Below, one piece after another: positions 1-8,410 of a DNA stretch of 41,325 nt. The notes beneath the pieces were generated by a model. That model was not told where the DNA came from and did no database searches. It worked only from the letters and a program-made list of their open reading frames with translations. The position numbers and the translations under genes are program-made. Source of the stretch: Capsulimonadales bacterium (GTDB lineage Bacteria; Armatimonadota; Armatimonadia; Armatimonadales; Armatimonadaceae); assembly GCA_033762295.1 (NCBI GenBank), contig JANRLW010000127.1:1-41325 (forward strand), given 5' to 3'. Every line of letters starts with the position of its first letter. Within the stretch, counting starts at the first letter, position 1.

Positions 1-38
1 TTTCAAGGCGGTTGCGATACCATTCCGCTCACCCCTCC
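1..38 (-). tRNA. tRNA-Ser(UGA), 5' half only (cut by window edge)
   Basis: Minus strand reads GGAGGGG-TG-AGCGGAATGGTATCGC-A-ACCGC-CT-TGA-AA. This gives a Ser-type GGAG acceptor 5' strand, a D-loop GG, and an anticodon loop CU-UGA-AA. A sigma70-like promoter lies immediately upstream. The 3' half is outside the window. Confidence 0.75.
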
Positions 39-48
39 CGGCCCATCC

Positions 49-78
49 AGTATACCTTGGAACCGCCTTCCCTGGCAA
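49..78 (-). promoter_or_regulatory. sigma70-type promoter for the tRNA
   Basis: Minus strand TTGCCA (78-73), 18-nt spacer, TATACT (54-49), about 10 nt upstream of the tRNA 5' end. Confidence 0.6.
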
Positions 79-147
79 ATGATCGGACGGGAACCGTCGG
101 GAATACGGGTGCGTGTCGATCGCTCTTCCCGACCCGGGGCCGGGGCT

Positions 148-176
148 TTGCGTCCGCGGGTTCATCCCTTTATAAT
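148..176 (+). promoter_or_regulatory. sigma70-type promoter for mcsB-like gene
   Basis: TTGCGT (148-153), 17-nt spacer, TATAAT (171-176). An in-frame GTG at 183 sits at the expected transcription start. Confidence 0.65.
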
Positions 177-182
177 CGCATC

Positions 183-1304
183 GTGGAAGTCTCCCGTGAC
201 CATCGTCGTCCTCTGGCCGCCTACTTGAAAACGCCTGCCTGGGCGGATCAGGTGAATTCGGCGACGGACGGCGATGTGGCGCTCTGCTCGCGCGCGCGCC
301 TGGCGAGGAACCTGGCCGACTATCCGTTTCCGGGCCGAGCCAGCGACCGGGACCTGCGGCGTGTGGCGCAGGAGGTCCGACGCGCCGCGCTCGCGGATAC
401 CGAATGGCTGGGGGACCTTTCGGCGGTCGCTCTGGCGTCCCTGTCCGAACGGGACCGCGCCGATCTGGTCGACGCCCGCCGCATCTCTCCGGAGATGGCC
501 GAACCGGGCGCGGCCAGTTACGCCCTGCTCGATGACGACGGCACACTGACCGTTTTCATCAACGAGGAGGACCATGTCCGGCTCCAGACCCTGGCGGCCG
601 GAAACACGCTGATCGCCGCCTTGAAGACGGCGGAGGAGGCCGAAAGCCGACTCGCCCGTCGCCTCCGGTTTGCCCACCATCCGCGCTGGGGCTACCTGAC
701 GACCGCCCTTTCCAACATCGGCACCGGCCTTCGCCTGTCCGCTCTGGTGCATCTGCCCGCCCTCGCCTTTCTGGGCCGATTGAGCGAGACGCTGGAAGCG
801 GCCCATCAACTCGGTATCTCGGTCCGGGGAGCGCACGGAGAGGGTTCGCAGGCGGCCGGCGACCTGTATCAGGTCTCCAACGCGATCTCTTACGGGCTGA
901 CGACCGCGCATATCGTCCGAAGGGTAAGGCCGGTCGTCGACTATCTGGTTGCGGCGGAGCGCGAAGCGCGTCAGGAGGTCGGCGAACGGCGTTTCGAGGA
1001 CGCCATGAACGGGGCGCGTCTCGCCTGGACCCGGATCGAGAACGCCGACCGGCTCGACGCGCCGACGGCGCTGACTCTGCTGTCCGCGCTCCGCCTGGTC
1101 GCTGTTGCCGGAATGGCGCTCAGCGGCAGGTCACCGGTCCCGGACGCCACCCAGTTCGCCACTCTGATCGCCGACCTTCGCACCGGCGGCAGCCTTTCCG
1201 CCGAATCGGATCGTCATGCCGGCCCGCTTCCGTCCGTTCGGGATGCGATTCAGCGCCCCGCACGTATCCGTTCCGCCCTGCGCGCCTCCTTCCATCTGCT
1301 CTGA
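183..1304 (+). CDS. mcsB: McsB-like ATP:guanido phosphotransferase (protein-arginine kinase homolog, divergent)
   Basis: Motifs SRARLARN..YPFP, INEEDHVRLQ, GYLT..SNIGTGLR, HLPAL, RG.HGEGS..GDLYQVSN. Start moved from 12 to GTG 183 because the longer ORF runs over the tRNA and both promoters. Confidence 0.85.
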   Translation: MEVSRDHRRPLAAYLKTPAWADQVNSATDGDVALCSRARLARNLADYPFPGRASDRDLRRVAQEVRRAALADTEWLGDLSAVALASLSERDRADLVDARRISPEMAEPGAASYALLDDDGTLTVFINEEDHVRLQTLAAGNTLIAALKTAEEAESRLARRLRFAHHPRWGYLTTALSNIGTGLRLSALVHLPALAFLGRLSETLEAAHQLGISVRGAHGEGSQAAGDLYQVSNAISYGLTTAHIVRRVRPVVDYLVAAEREARQEVGERRFEDAMNGARLAWTRIENADRLDAPTALTLLSALRLVAVAGMALSGRSPVPDATQFATLIADLRTGGSLSAESDRHAGPLPSVRDAIQRPARIRSALRASFHLL

Positions 1305-1331
1305 GGAACAGGTTTTGCGCAAAACGATTTT

Positions 1332-1375
1332 CTTAACATTTATTTAACCAAAGACCCGCCAACCTGTGTTATACT
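1332..1375 (+). promoter_or_regulatory. Pho-box-like direct repeat plus extended -10 promoter
   Basis: CTTAACAT-tta-TTTAACCA (TTAAC at 1333 and 1344), then TG-t-TATACT (1367-1375). The same layout occurs at 10940-10983. Confidence 0.6.
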
Positions 1376-1413
1376 CCTTCGGTTAGGCTTTATTTTTGAA
1401 AGGTCATTCATCC

Positions 1414-2382
1414 ATGCGTTCGCCACGCCAAGCGTTCACACTGATCGAACTCCTCGTTGTTATTGCCATCATTGCCATTCTGGCCGCCATTCTCTTCCCC
1501 GTTTTCGCCCAGGCTCGCGACAAGGCCCGTCAGGCGACCTGTACCTCCAACCTGAAGCAGTTCGGTATCGCCTTCGCCATGTACGCGAGCGACTACGACG
1601 GCTACTTCCCGAATCCGGGGGGACGCGACGTCACCAACGCGCCGGTCTGCCGGACCAGCCCGTTCACGATCCGGAACTGTGCCGCCTGGTACAGCACCAA
1701 CAAGAACACCACGACCAACACCGTCGAAAACTTCGAGTACGGCGTCTGGCCGTATATCAAGCAGCGCGGAAACTCGACCGACAACCTCTGGTCGTGCCCC
1801 AATTCGCTGCGCGGTTCGGACGGCACCTTCGCCCTCGGCCAGAACTTCTCGATGAACGACTACTCCCGCGCCTTCCATCCGGGCCAGGGCGTCACCTGCG
1901 CCGGTAACCTTCCCGCCGGTTCCTCCCTCACCTACTACTCCGGTCTGAACCCGGACATGGTCGGCACGGGCAGCAACCCGAACGGTCCGCAGGGTCCGGC
2001 TCAGCACATCATCCTGACCGAGATCGTTCAGAACGATCAGGGCAACAACAACCGCAACGTGTCCCTGTACTTCTCCTTCTCCCCGAACGGCCGCGCCAGC
2101 CGGTACGGTCGCCCGGCTCCGGCCTCCGGCTGCACCACCTCCGCGGTCGCCGGCGACGCTCTGCCGACCGGCGCGATGGAAGAGTACCATGCCGGCGTCT
2201 CGACCTTCCTGTTCGCCGACGCCCACGTGAAGGCGATGCGTCCGACCCAGACCTTCATGGCGATCGAGGACCCGGATGTCCAGCGACTCAACCCGTCCTA
2301 CGCCAATGCGAAAGGCGGACGGCGGGGCGGCGGCACGGTTCAGATGTGGAACCCCAACATCGGCGGCGTCACCTATCCGTAA
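1414..2382 (+). CDS. DUF1559-type prepilin N-terminal cleavage/methylation domain protein with H-X9-DG-like C-terminus
   Basis: [34 protein letters not shown]...C.SN.KQ...MYASDYD, and C-terminal [25 protein letters not shown] lies before ATG 1414. Confidence 0.9.
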   Translation: MRSPRQAFTLIELLVVIAIIAILAAILFPVFAQARDKARQATCTSNLKQFGIAFAMYASDYDGYFPNPGGRDVTNAPVCRTSPFTIRNCAAWYSTNKNTTTNTVENFEYGVWPYIKQRGNSTDNLWSCPNSLRGSDGTFALGQNFSMNDYSRAFHPGQGVTCAGNLPAGSSLTYYSGLNPDMVGTGSNPNGPQGPAQHIILTEIVQNDQGNNNRNVSLYFSFSPNGRASRYGRPAPASGCTTSAVAGDALPTGAMEEYHAGVSTFLFADAHVKAMRPTQTFMAIEDPDVQRLNPSYANAKGGRRGGGTVQMWNPNIGGVTYP

Positions 2383-2401
2383 TCCGAAATAACGCTCGTT
2401 T

Positions 2402-2437
2402 GCGGGGCGACCCGTCGCTTCGGCGCGCTCGCCCCGC
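2402..2437 (+). other. intergenic GC-rich stem-loop between the two prepilin-like genes
   Basis: GCGGGGCGA...TCGCCCCGC inverted repeat with a weak U tail. Confidence 0.5.
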
Positions 2438-2482
2438 CTTCGTCTCTCATTCCTTATCGTGATTTCCAGAAAGGACCCTACC

Positions 2483-3379
2483 ATGCGATCCTCTCGTCAG
2501 GCGTTCACCCTGATCGAACTGCTCGTCGTCATCGCCATTATCGCGATTCTTGCTGCCATTCTTTTCCCCGTCTTTGCCCAGGCTCGTGAGAAGGCCCGCC
2601 AGACCTCCTGCCTTTCCAACGTCAAGCAGATCGGTCTCGGCATGATGATGTACGCTCAGGATTATGACGAAGTCATCTCCCGCAACGCGCATCCGGACCC
2701 GCCCCGCGTTCCCGAAGGCGCGCACTTCACCAACTGCTCCACGCCGCGCTGGATGGACGTCATCAACCCGTACATCAAGAACCTGGATATCTTCAACTGC
2801 CCGTCCGACCCGTTCGCCTCGATTAGCGGAACTCTGGTCACCGGCGCCGCGCATACCCTCGCCGGGAACCGACGGTATCAGTACCAGCCGCCGAATCCGA
2901 ATAACAGCCCGACGATCCCGATGCGCGAAGCCGACTGCGGCGACCCGAACGGTCTGACCAACGTCGGACGCCGGTTCGGCTCCTACGCCATTAACAACGT
3001 CTACTACAACGGCAACCTGGCCGCCAACACCGCCGCCTGGGGCTTCAGCCTGACGCCGCCGAATAACGTGCCGCTGGCCCGTATCGCCCTCCCGGCCGAT
3101 ACCGCCCTGATCTGCGAAGTGCAGGGCATGGGGCAGTCCGGCGACTTCTATCGTGCCGACCTGAGCGATCCGCAGCCGACCACGCCGAACGAGACCTTCC
3201 CGTTCCCTGCGCTGTTAAACCGCCGCAACAACGGCGCGATCCTCGGCCGCCACATGAAGCTGACCAACGTCGTCTGGTGTGACGGTCATGCCAAGGCGTT
3301 CCGCCTGGAGAAACTGGGCGAACTGCGCACCCGAAACGGCTTCTCCTACATGCACTACTTCTCCTGCGAAGAGGACTGA
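2483..3379 (+). CDS. DUF1559-type prepilin-like protein with H-X9-DG-CTERM
   Basis: [15 protein letters not shown]...[56 protein letters not shown] before ATG 2483. Confidence 0.92.
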   Translation: MRSSRQAFTLIELLVVIAIIAILAAILFPVFAQAREKARQTSCLSNVKQIGLGMMMYAQDYDEVISRNAHPDPPRVPEGAHFTNCSTPRWMDVINPYIKNLDIFNCPSDPFASISGTLVTGAAHTLAGNRRYQYQPPNPNNSPTIPMREADCGDPNGLTNVGRRFGSYAINNVYYNGNLAANTAAWGFSLTPPNNVPLARIALPADTALICEVQGMGQSGDFYRADLSDPQPTTPNETFPFPALLNRRNNGAILGRHMKLTNVVWCDGHAKAFRLEKLGELRTRNGFSYMHYFSCEED

Positions 3380-3405
3380 TCCCCTCGCGTCGGAGAGCGA
3401 ATTTC

Positions 3406-3442
3406 ACGCCCGGGACCGGAAGGTTCCGGGCGTTTCGCGTTT
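3406..3442 (+). terminator. rho-independent terminator
   Basis: ACGCCCGGGACC-ggaa-GGTTCCGGGCGT followed by TTCGCGTTT. Confidence 0.6.
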
Positions 3443-3487
3443 CCGTCGGAGGAGATACCTGACAGGCCGGAGAACTTTCGTCTACTG

Positions 3488-4066
3488 ATGGACCATCCCC
3501 CGTTAAGGCCCCTTTGGACCCGCGAGGAGATCTGGCAGCAGGTCGCCCGCCGGATCGGCGGAACCTATCACCCCGGCGGTTTCTTCGAGCACGAACGGCT
3601 GGTCGTGCCGATCCCGCCCTGGACCGTCTCGCTGCGGCTGGTCACCGAGGACGTCCGTCATCTATACACCGCCGCGACTGCGCCTTACCTGTCCGAGGAC
3701 GGCTTCACTTTCACCCTGCAGACGATCGGTTCGTTCGAGGAGACCGGTCATCTGAGCCTGTCGGAGGAGATCGAGATCGGCGAACCGCGGTTTGACCGGC
3801 GTTACCGGATTGCCGGTCATCCGGCGGAGCAGGTGCGGCGGCTTCTCACTAACGACGCCCTTCGGCAGTATCTGGACTGTGAGTCGCGCATCCGGCTGTC
3901 GGCGACGCCGGTTCCGCACTCGCGACGCCGGATCGACCTTACCTGCACCGTCGTCGGAGCGGTCGCCGAACCGGACCGCCTGCAGTCGCTGTTCGAACTG
4001 ATGGGGGAGACGCTCCAGCACCTGTGCGCCATCGGTTCCGCCGAGGAACGGACACCCGATCTTTGA
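3488..4066 (+). CDS. conserved hypothetical protein (recalled resemblance to DUF3137-annotated proteins)
   Basis: 192-aa ORF with protein-like composition (EEIWQQ..GG.F, APY..DGF.F, EIEIGEPRFD, LC.IGSA). The family assignment is from memory only. Confidence 0.7.
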   Translation: MDHPPLRPLWTREEIWQQVARRIGGTYHPGGFFEHERLVVPIPPWTVSLRLVTEDVRHLYTAATAPYLSEDGFTFTLQTIGSFEETGHLSLSEEIEIGEPRFDRRYRIAGHPAEQVRRLLTNDALRQYLDCESRIRLSATPVPHSRRRIDLTCTVVGAVAEPDRLQSLFELMGETLQHLCAIGSAEERTPDL

Positions 4067-4253
4067 TCCGCCAACTTTCGACGTCGGGAATCACGAACCG
4101 GGATCGAAGTGGGTAAATCGGGAGGAAGTCGGATACAATACACCAAATATTTCGGAGCGGGAAGCGTCCGTCCCCGCTCCTTTCCGTTTTGTTCGGAAAC
4201 GAAAACCGCTTGAAAGGACGTATGAAACAACGGCGGTGGAATAGGAAACATTC

Positions 4254-4673
4254 GTGGCAGCGACCTTTCCTCTGGATATCGTAACCCCGGAAAAGACGGT
4301 TCTTTCGGAAATCGTCTCGTCGGTACAGTTGCCTTCCGTGTCCGGCAGTATGGGCATCCTGGCGGGCCATGCTCCGCTGGTCGCCGAACTGGGTGTCGGC
4401 GAATGCGTGGTCAAGATGCCGAGCGGCGCGGAGGAGCAGTTGATTCTCTCAGGCGGCTTCGTTGAGGTTTCCCGCCAGAAGGTCACCGTTCTGGCCGACA
4501 CGGCGGATTTCGCCCATGAGATCGATACCAACCGTGCGGAGGAGGCGTTGACACGGGCGCGCGAACTGCTGGCGCGGGTGGAACCGCTCTCAGCCGCGGA
4601 TCGCGAGGAAGCCAACACGACGCTTCGACGCGCGCAGGCCCAGCTTCGCATCGCGCGGGGTGGCCAGGGGTAA
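4254..4673 (+). CDS. atpC: F0F1 ATP synthase subunit epsilon
   Basis: LDIVTPEK, GSMGILAGHAPL, LSGGFVEV, VTVLADTA, EID..RAEEA, and C-terminal helices ending LRRAQAQL. Confidence 0.95.
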   Translation: MAATFPLDIVTPEKTVLSEIVSSVQLPSVSGSMGILAGHAPLVAELGVGECVVKMPSGAEEQLILSGGFVEVSRQKVTVLADTADFAHEIDTNRAEEALTRARELLARVEPLSAADREEANTTLRRAQAQLRIARGGQG

Positions 4674-4787
4674 CCTTCGGGCCATCTCCCCCGTTCCCGT
4701 ATTCCGCTCCGCAAGTCGGTTTCACGTTCCGTTGCCGGTCCTGTCCCGCCGGCGATTCGCTTGTTTCCCGGCAGGAGAAACGCACTT

Positions 4788-6026
4788 ATGTCGACATCCA
4801 TCTGGCGTTCGGTGCTGACGTTCCGATTTATCTTTACCCTGTTGCTGGCGGCGATGCTCGGCCTGTTCGGCTGGTACTCCGTCGGTGCGTTTCTCGACTG
4901 GGTAACGCAGACGCCCGGAATGCGGGAAATCTTCGGCAGCGGGAACACTCTGACCTGGGTCGGCTGGCTGTACCGGGGTATTTTCATCGCGGTCGGCGCG
5001 ATCTTCGGCTTCGCTCTCGGCGGCTTCATCTTCCGTCGTCTGGAGTTGATTTCGGACAATCTGCGGACGATGTCGGTGCGCGACAAGCTGGCCATGACCG
5101 GCGGTGTCATCGTCGGCATCGTCCTGGCGGTCGCCCTCTCCATTCCGACCATCCTCCTGATTCCGAACAAGGTGATCGCGTTCGTGACCGCCCTGCTGGT
5201 CGGCATCGCCGTCACCTACCTGTCCACCGCGGCGGCTCTCTCCATGAAGGAGGAGATCCACTTCTACATCCCGCCCCCCAAGGAGGAGGACAAGGTTCCG
5301 GCCAATGAAAAGTTCAAGGTGCTGGATACCAACGTCATCATCGACGGACGGGTTGCCGATGTCGCCAAGGCCGGATTTGTCGAAGGCTCGCTGTACGTTC
5401 CCGGTTTTGTTCTGGAGGAGCTTCAGCATATCGCCGATTCCTCCGATAATCTGAAACGAGCGCGGGGCCGGCGCGGCCTGGACATCCTGAACCAGATGCA
5501 GAAGGAACTGACCCTGGTTGTCCGAACCTATGACCGACTGGCGCCCGCGGGCGAAGAAGTCGACGGACGTCTGGTTCGTCTTGCCAAGGCGTTGAACGGC
5601 GCTCTGGTCACCAACGACTGGAACCTGAACAAGGTCGCCGAACTGCAGGGCGTTCCCGTGCTGAATATCAACGAACTGGCGAACGCGATCAAACCGGTGG
5701 TGCTGCCCGGCGAGGACATGCGGGTCACCATCGTCAAGGAAGGCAAAGAGGCCGGTCAGGGTGTCGGCTATCTCGATGATGGCACGATGATCGTCGTCGC
5801 GAACGGTCGTTCCTATATGGGCGATACGGTCGGTGTCCGGGTGACCTCCCTGATGCAGACGGTAGCCGGCAAAATGATCTTCGCCCAGTTGACGGACGAA
5901 GAAGGTGGCGACGATGAGGGTGACAACTCCGGATACGGCGGACCGAACGGCAACGGCGGGGGAGGCGGTATGCGCTCTTATCCCCGCGGCGGGTCGCGGC
6001 GTCCGTTTCGGCGGAACGGACAATAA
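4788..6026 (+). CDS. yacL: membrane-anchored PIN/TRAM domain protein (YacL family)
   Basis: Four N-terminal hydrophobic segments. PIN motifs VLDTNVIIDGR, FVLEELQHIADS, RGRRGLDIL, TND.NLNKVA; TRAM motifs GVGYLDDGTMIVV, QT.AGKMIFA. RBS AGGAG before ATG 4788. Confidence 0.92.
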   Translation: MSTSIWRSVLTFRFIFTLLLAAMLGLFGWYSVGAFLDWVTQTPGMREIFGSGNTLTWVGWLYRGIFIAVGAIFGFALGGFIFRRLELISDNLRTMSVRDKLAMTGGVIVGIVLAVALSIPTILLIPNKVIAFVTALLVGIAVTYLSTAAALSMKEEIHFYIPPPKEEDKVPANEKFKVLDTNVIIDGRVADVAKAGFVEGSLYVPGFVLEELQHIADSSDNLKRARGRRGLDILNQMQKELTLVVRTYDRLAPAGEEVDGRLVRLAKALNGALVTNDWNLNKVAELQGVPVLNINELANAIKPVVLPGEDMRVTIVKEGKEAGQGVGYLDDGTMIVVANGRSYMGDTVGVRVTSLMQTVAGKMIFAQLTDEEGGDDEGDNSGYGGPNGNGGGGGMRSYPRGGSRRPFRRNGQ

Positions 6027-7182
6027 GGTCTTTTCCCCGCTTCTTGATCGTCCGCTGCTGGGTTGGACGTTGGGCGCGTTTGCCGAATGCGCCGATATCG
6101 AGGCGATCGTTCTGGTCGGAGCGCCCGGCGAACTCGACCGTTTGCGGGAGATGGGCGAGCGGTACGGCGGCGGGAAACGGGTCACGGTCGTTGCCGGAGG
6201 CAGCGACCGCCAGGCGTCGGTGCGGAACGGTCTGTCCGCCTGCGAGGATTATCCCTTCGTCGCCGTGCACGACGCCGCCCGCCCCTGCATCACCCCGGCC
6301 CTGATCTCCGCCGCCGTTCGTGCCGGACGCCTGTTCGGCGCGACCACCCTGGCGGTTCCGGTCGCCGACACCCTGGTTCGCGGACATGAGTCCGTCCTCG
6401 ACGGGCCGGATGTCGATCGCTCCCACCTGTATGCCATCCAGACCCCTCAGGTTTTCGAGCGTACCCTGCTCGTTTCCGCGCACGAAATCGCGGCGCGGGA
6501 CGCCGTCCACGGCACGGATGACGCCGGGCTCGTTCGTCGCCTGCGCGGTTCCACCCATATGGTCGCCGGGTCGCCGGAAAATCTCAAGGTTACCCGTCCG
6601 GAAGACCTGACTCTGGCCGCGGCCATTCTGCGAGGGCGGGATGCCCTCGCCCCTTCCCCCCGGACCGCTCCCGACACACCTCGTAAAACGGCGGGCGTCC
6701 CGTTCCGGGTCGGGCACGGCTACGACGTCCATCCGTTCGCCGAGGGGCGCCCCCTGTTTCTCGGCGGGGTCGAGTTTGTCGGCGCGGAACGGGGCCTTCA
6801 GGGGCACTCCGACGCCGATGTGATCCTGCATGCGCTCTGCGACGCCCTGCTCGGAGCCGCCGGAATGCCCGATATCGGGAAGCTTTTCCCCCCCTCCGAG
6901 ATGCGGCACAAGGACCGTCGTTCGACCGAGTTTCTGGACGAGGTTCGGGCGCGGCTGGACGCCGCCGGATGGAGCGTCGGCAACGCCGATATCAGCGTAC
7001 TGGCGGAGACGCCGAAAATAGGCCCAATGGCGGAGACGATTCGCCGGACGATTGCAGTACACTTAAATATCCAACCGGAACAGGTGGGAATTAAGGCCAC
7101 TACCAACGAGGGTATGGGTTTTGTCGGACGGCGTGAGGGGATCGCGGTTCATGCGACGGTTCTGCTCTTCCGCTCCGATTAG
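5914..7182 (+). CDS. ispDF: bifunctional IspD/IspF (MEP cytidylyltransferase / MEcPP synthase)
   Basis: IspD motifs ALIPAAGRGVRFG..NK, GG..RQ.SV, VHDAARP, QTPQ.F, TDDA, NLKVT.PEDL. IspF motifs GHGYDVH, GHSDADVILHA, DIG.LFP, KATTNE. Start is uncertain (5905/5914/5920). Confidence 0.93.
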   Translation: MRVTTPDTADRTATAGEAVCALIPAAGRGVRFGGTDNKVFSPLLDRPLLGWTLGAFAECADIEAIVLVGAPGELDRLREMGERYGGGKRVTVVAGGSDRQASVRNGLSACEDYPFVAVHDAARPCITPALISAAVRAGRLFGATTLAVPVADTLVRGHESVLDGPDVDRSHLYAIQTPQVFERTLLVSAHEIAARDAVHGTDDAGLVRRLRGSTHMVAGSPENLKVTRPEDLTLAAAILRGRDALAPSPRTAPDTPRKTAGVPFRVGHGYDVHPFAEGRPLFLGGVEFVGAERGLQGHSDADVILHALCDALLGAAGMPDIGKLFPPSEMRHKDRRSTEFLDEVRARLDAAGWSVGNADISVLAETPKIGPMAETIRRTIAVHLNIQPEQVGIKATTNEGMGFVGRREGIAVHATVLLFRSD

Positions 7183-7241
7183 TCTTCGGACGGCGGCGTT
7201 TTCGAACCCGTAACGTCCATTTCCGTAAGGAGGGTTTCGAC

Positions 7242-7817
7242 ATGGAGGTACAGGTTCGCGGCAAAGGAGTCGTGGTGACGGATGCGTTACGGGAGTACGC
7301 CGAGCGGAAGGTGAACAAGCTCAACAAGCACTACCAGAACCTGCATGGAGCGACGATGGTTCAATCCATTCAGGGACAGACGCACCGTGTGGAGGTCCAG
7401 CTGGAAGCGGATGGCGTCAAGGTGCGCTGCGAGGACCGGGGAAACGACCTTTATGCGGCGGTCGATCGTGTGGTCGATAAGCTCGAACGACAGCTTGCCA
7501 AGTTCAAGGGACGGAGTCACCGGAACGGCCATACCAACGCCCATCATGCCGGCCACCATCATCACCACTACGGCCACCACGGCGAGGTCGTCTCGCCACG
7601 TACCGCGACCATCGAGGAGGAAGCCGAACCGGTGACCGGTCGTATCGTCCGGCACAAACGTTTCAATATCAAGCCCCTGTCGCCCAGCGAAGCCGTGCTG
7701 CAGATGGAACTGCTTTCGCACGATTTCTTCGTCTTTGAGAACGCGCAGAGCGGCGAGGTGAACGTCCTGTACCGCCGCGAGGACGGAAACTACGGGATTC
7801 TCGAACCGGAACGCTGA
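7242..7817 (+). CDS. hpf: ribosome hibernation promoting factor, long form (HPF/RaiA)
   Basis: VTDALREYAERK, DLYAAVD..DKLERQL.K.K, and C-terminal domain IVR.KRF..KP.S..EAVLQMELL.HDFFVF...VNVLYRR.DGNYG. RBS AAGGAGG. Confidence 0.95.
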   Translation: MEVQVRGKGVVVTDALREYAERKVNKLNKHYQNLHGATMVQSIQGQTHRVEVQLEADGVKVRCEDRGNDLYAAVDRVVDKLERQLAKFKGRSHRNGHTNAHHAGHHHHHYGHHGEVVSPRTATIEEEAEPVTGRIVRHKRFNIKPLSPSEAVLQMELLSHDFFVFENAQSGEVNVLYRREDGNYGILEPER

Positions 7818-7846
7818 TATCCGCAGGTCCGGACCGAACGTCTGCG

Positions 7847-7875
7847 GGCCGCTCTCCTTCGGGGAGCGGCCTTTT
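7847..7875 (+). terminator. rho-independent terminator after hpf
   Basis: GGCCGCTCTCC-ttcg-GGGAGCGGCC-TTTT. Confidence 0.7.
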
Positions 7876-7879
7876 CGGT

Positions 7880-8410
7880 TCAATACTCCGCCCAGTAGGC
7901 GATCCCGGTCTCCGGCGAGACGGCGATGAAAAACCGGGTCGGATAGCCGTCGTCGCGAACACGGGTCAGGGTCAGCGATTCGATCCGGGTATACCTCAGC
8001 CCGCCTTCGGTTCGCTCCGCCGGAAGCGCGGGGCTTCCGGGCGGATAGGTCATGCTGCGCACCCGGGTACGGAACTCCGCGCAGTACGTATTCGCGGGCA
8101 GGTAGTCGATCGTGATGCGCCGCCAGACGCGGTTTCTCAGGTCCTTTTCCCGCCCGCTCTCCGCCAGTTTCTCCTGAAGAAAGAACGGCAGATCATCGTA
8201 GGCGGACGGTTCGCCGAAATGCAGCACGTTTTCGGGCGGGACGACCGCGCTCTCATCGCGCAAGTGCGGTCGGACGGACGGCGGAATCGGCGGAATTGCC
8301 GGACGAGGCGTTCTTTTTCGTTCGACCGGTCGGTAGGCTCCGTCGGTTCGGTGAGCGATTCCCGACGCGCTGGTAGAACGAGGCACGGATACAACGGTTA
8401 CAACGGACAT
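7880..8410 (-). CDS. hypothetical protein
   Basis: 176-aa ORF filling the gap between the hpf terminator and pcrA. The C-terminal part looks globular. No family recognised and the start is uncertain. Confidence 0.6.
   Translation of the reverse strand: MSVVTVVSVPRSTSASGIAHRTDGAYRPVERKRTPRPAIPPIPPSVRPHLRDESAVVPPENVLHFGEPSAYDDLPFFLQEKLAESGREKDLRNRVWRRITIDYLPANTYCAEFRTRVRSMTYPPGSPALPAERTEGGLRYTRIESLTLTRVRDDGYPTRFFIAVSPETGIAYWAEY

Noticed and set aside
12..182. N-terminal extension of the McsB-like ORF
   Set aside because: It overlaps the tRNA and two promoters, and homology starts only after about position 230.
8338..8355. Short GAACCGACGGA match shared, inverted, with about 11970-11980
   Set aside because: It is only about 11 bp in GC-rich DNA with no further shared structure.
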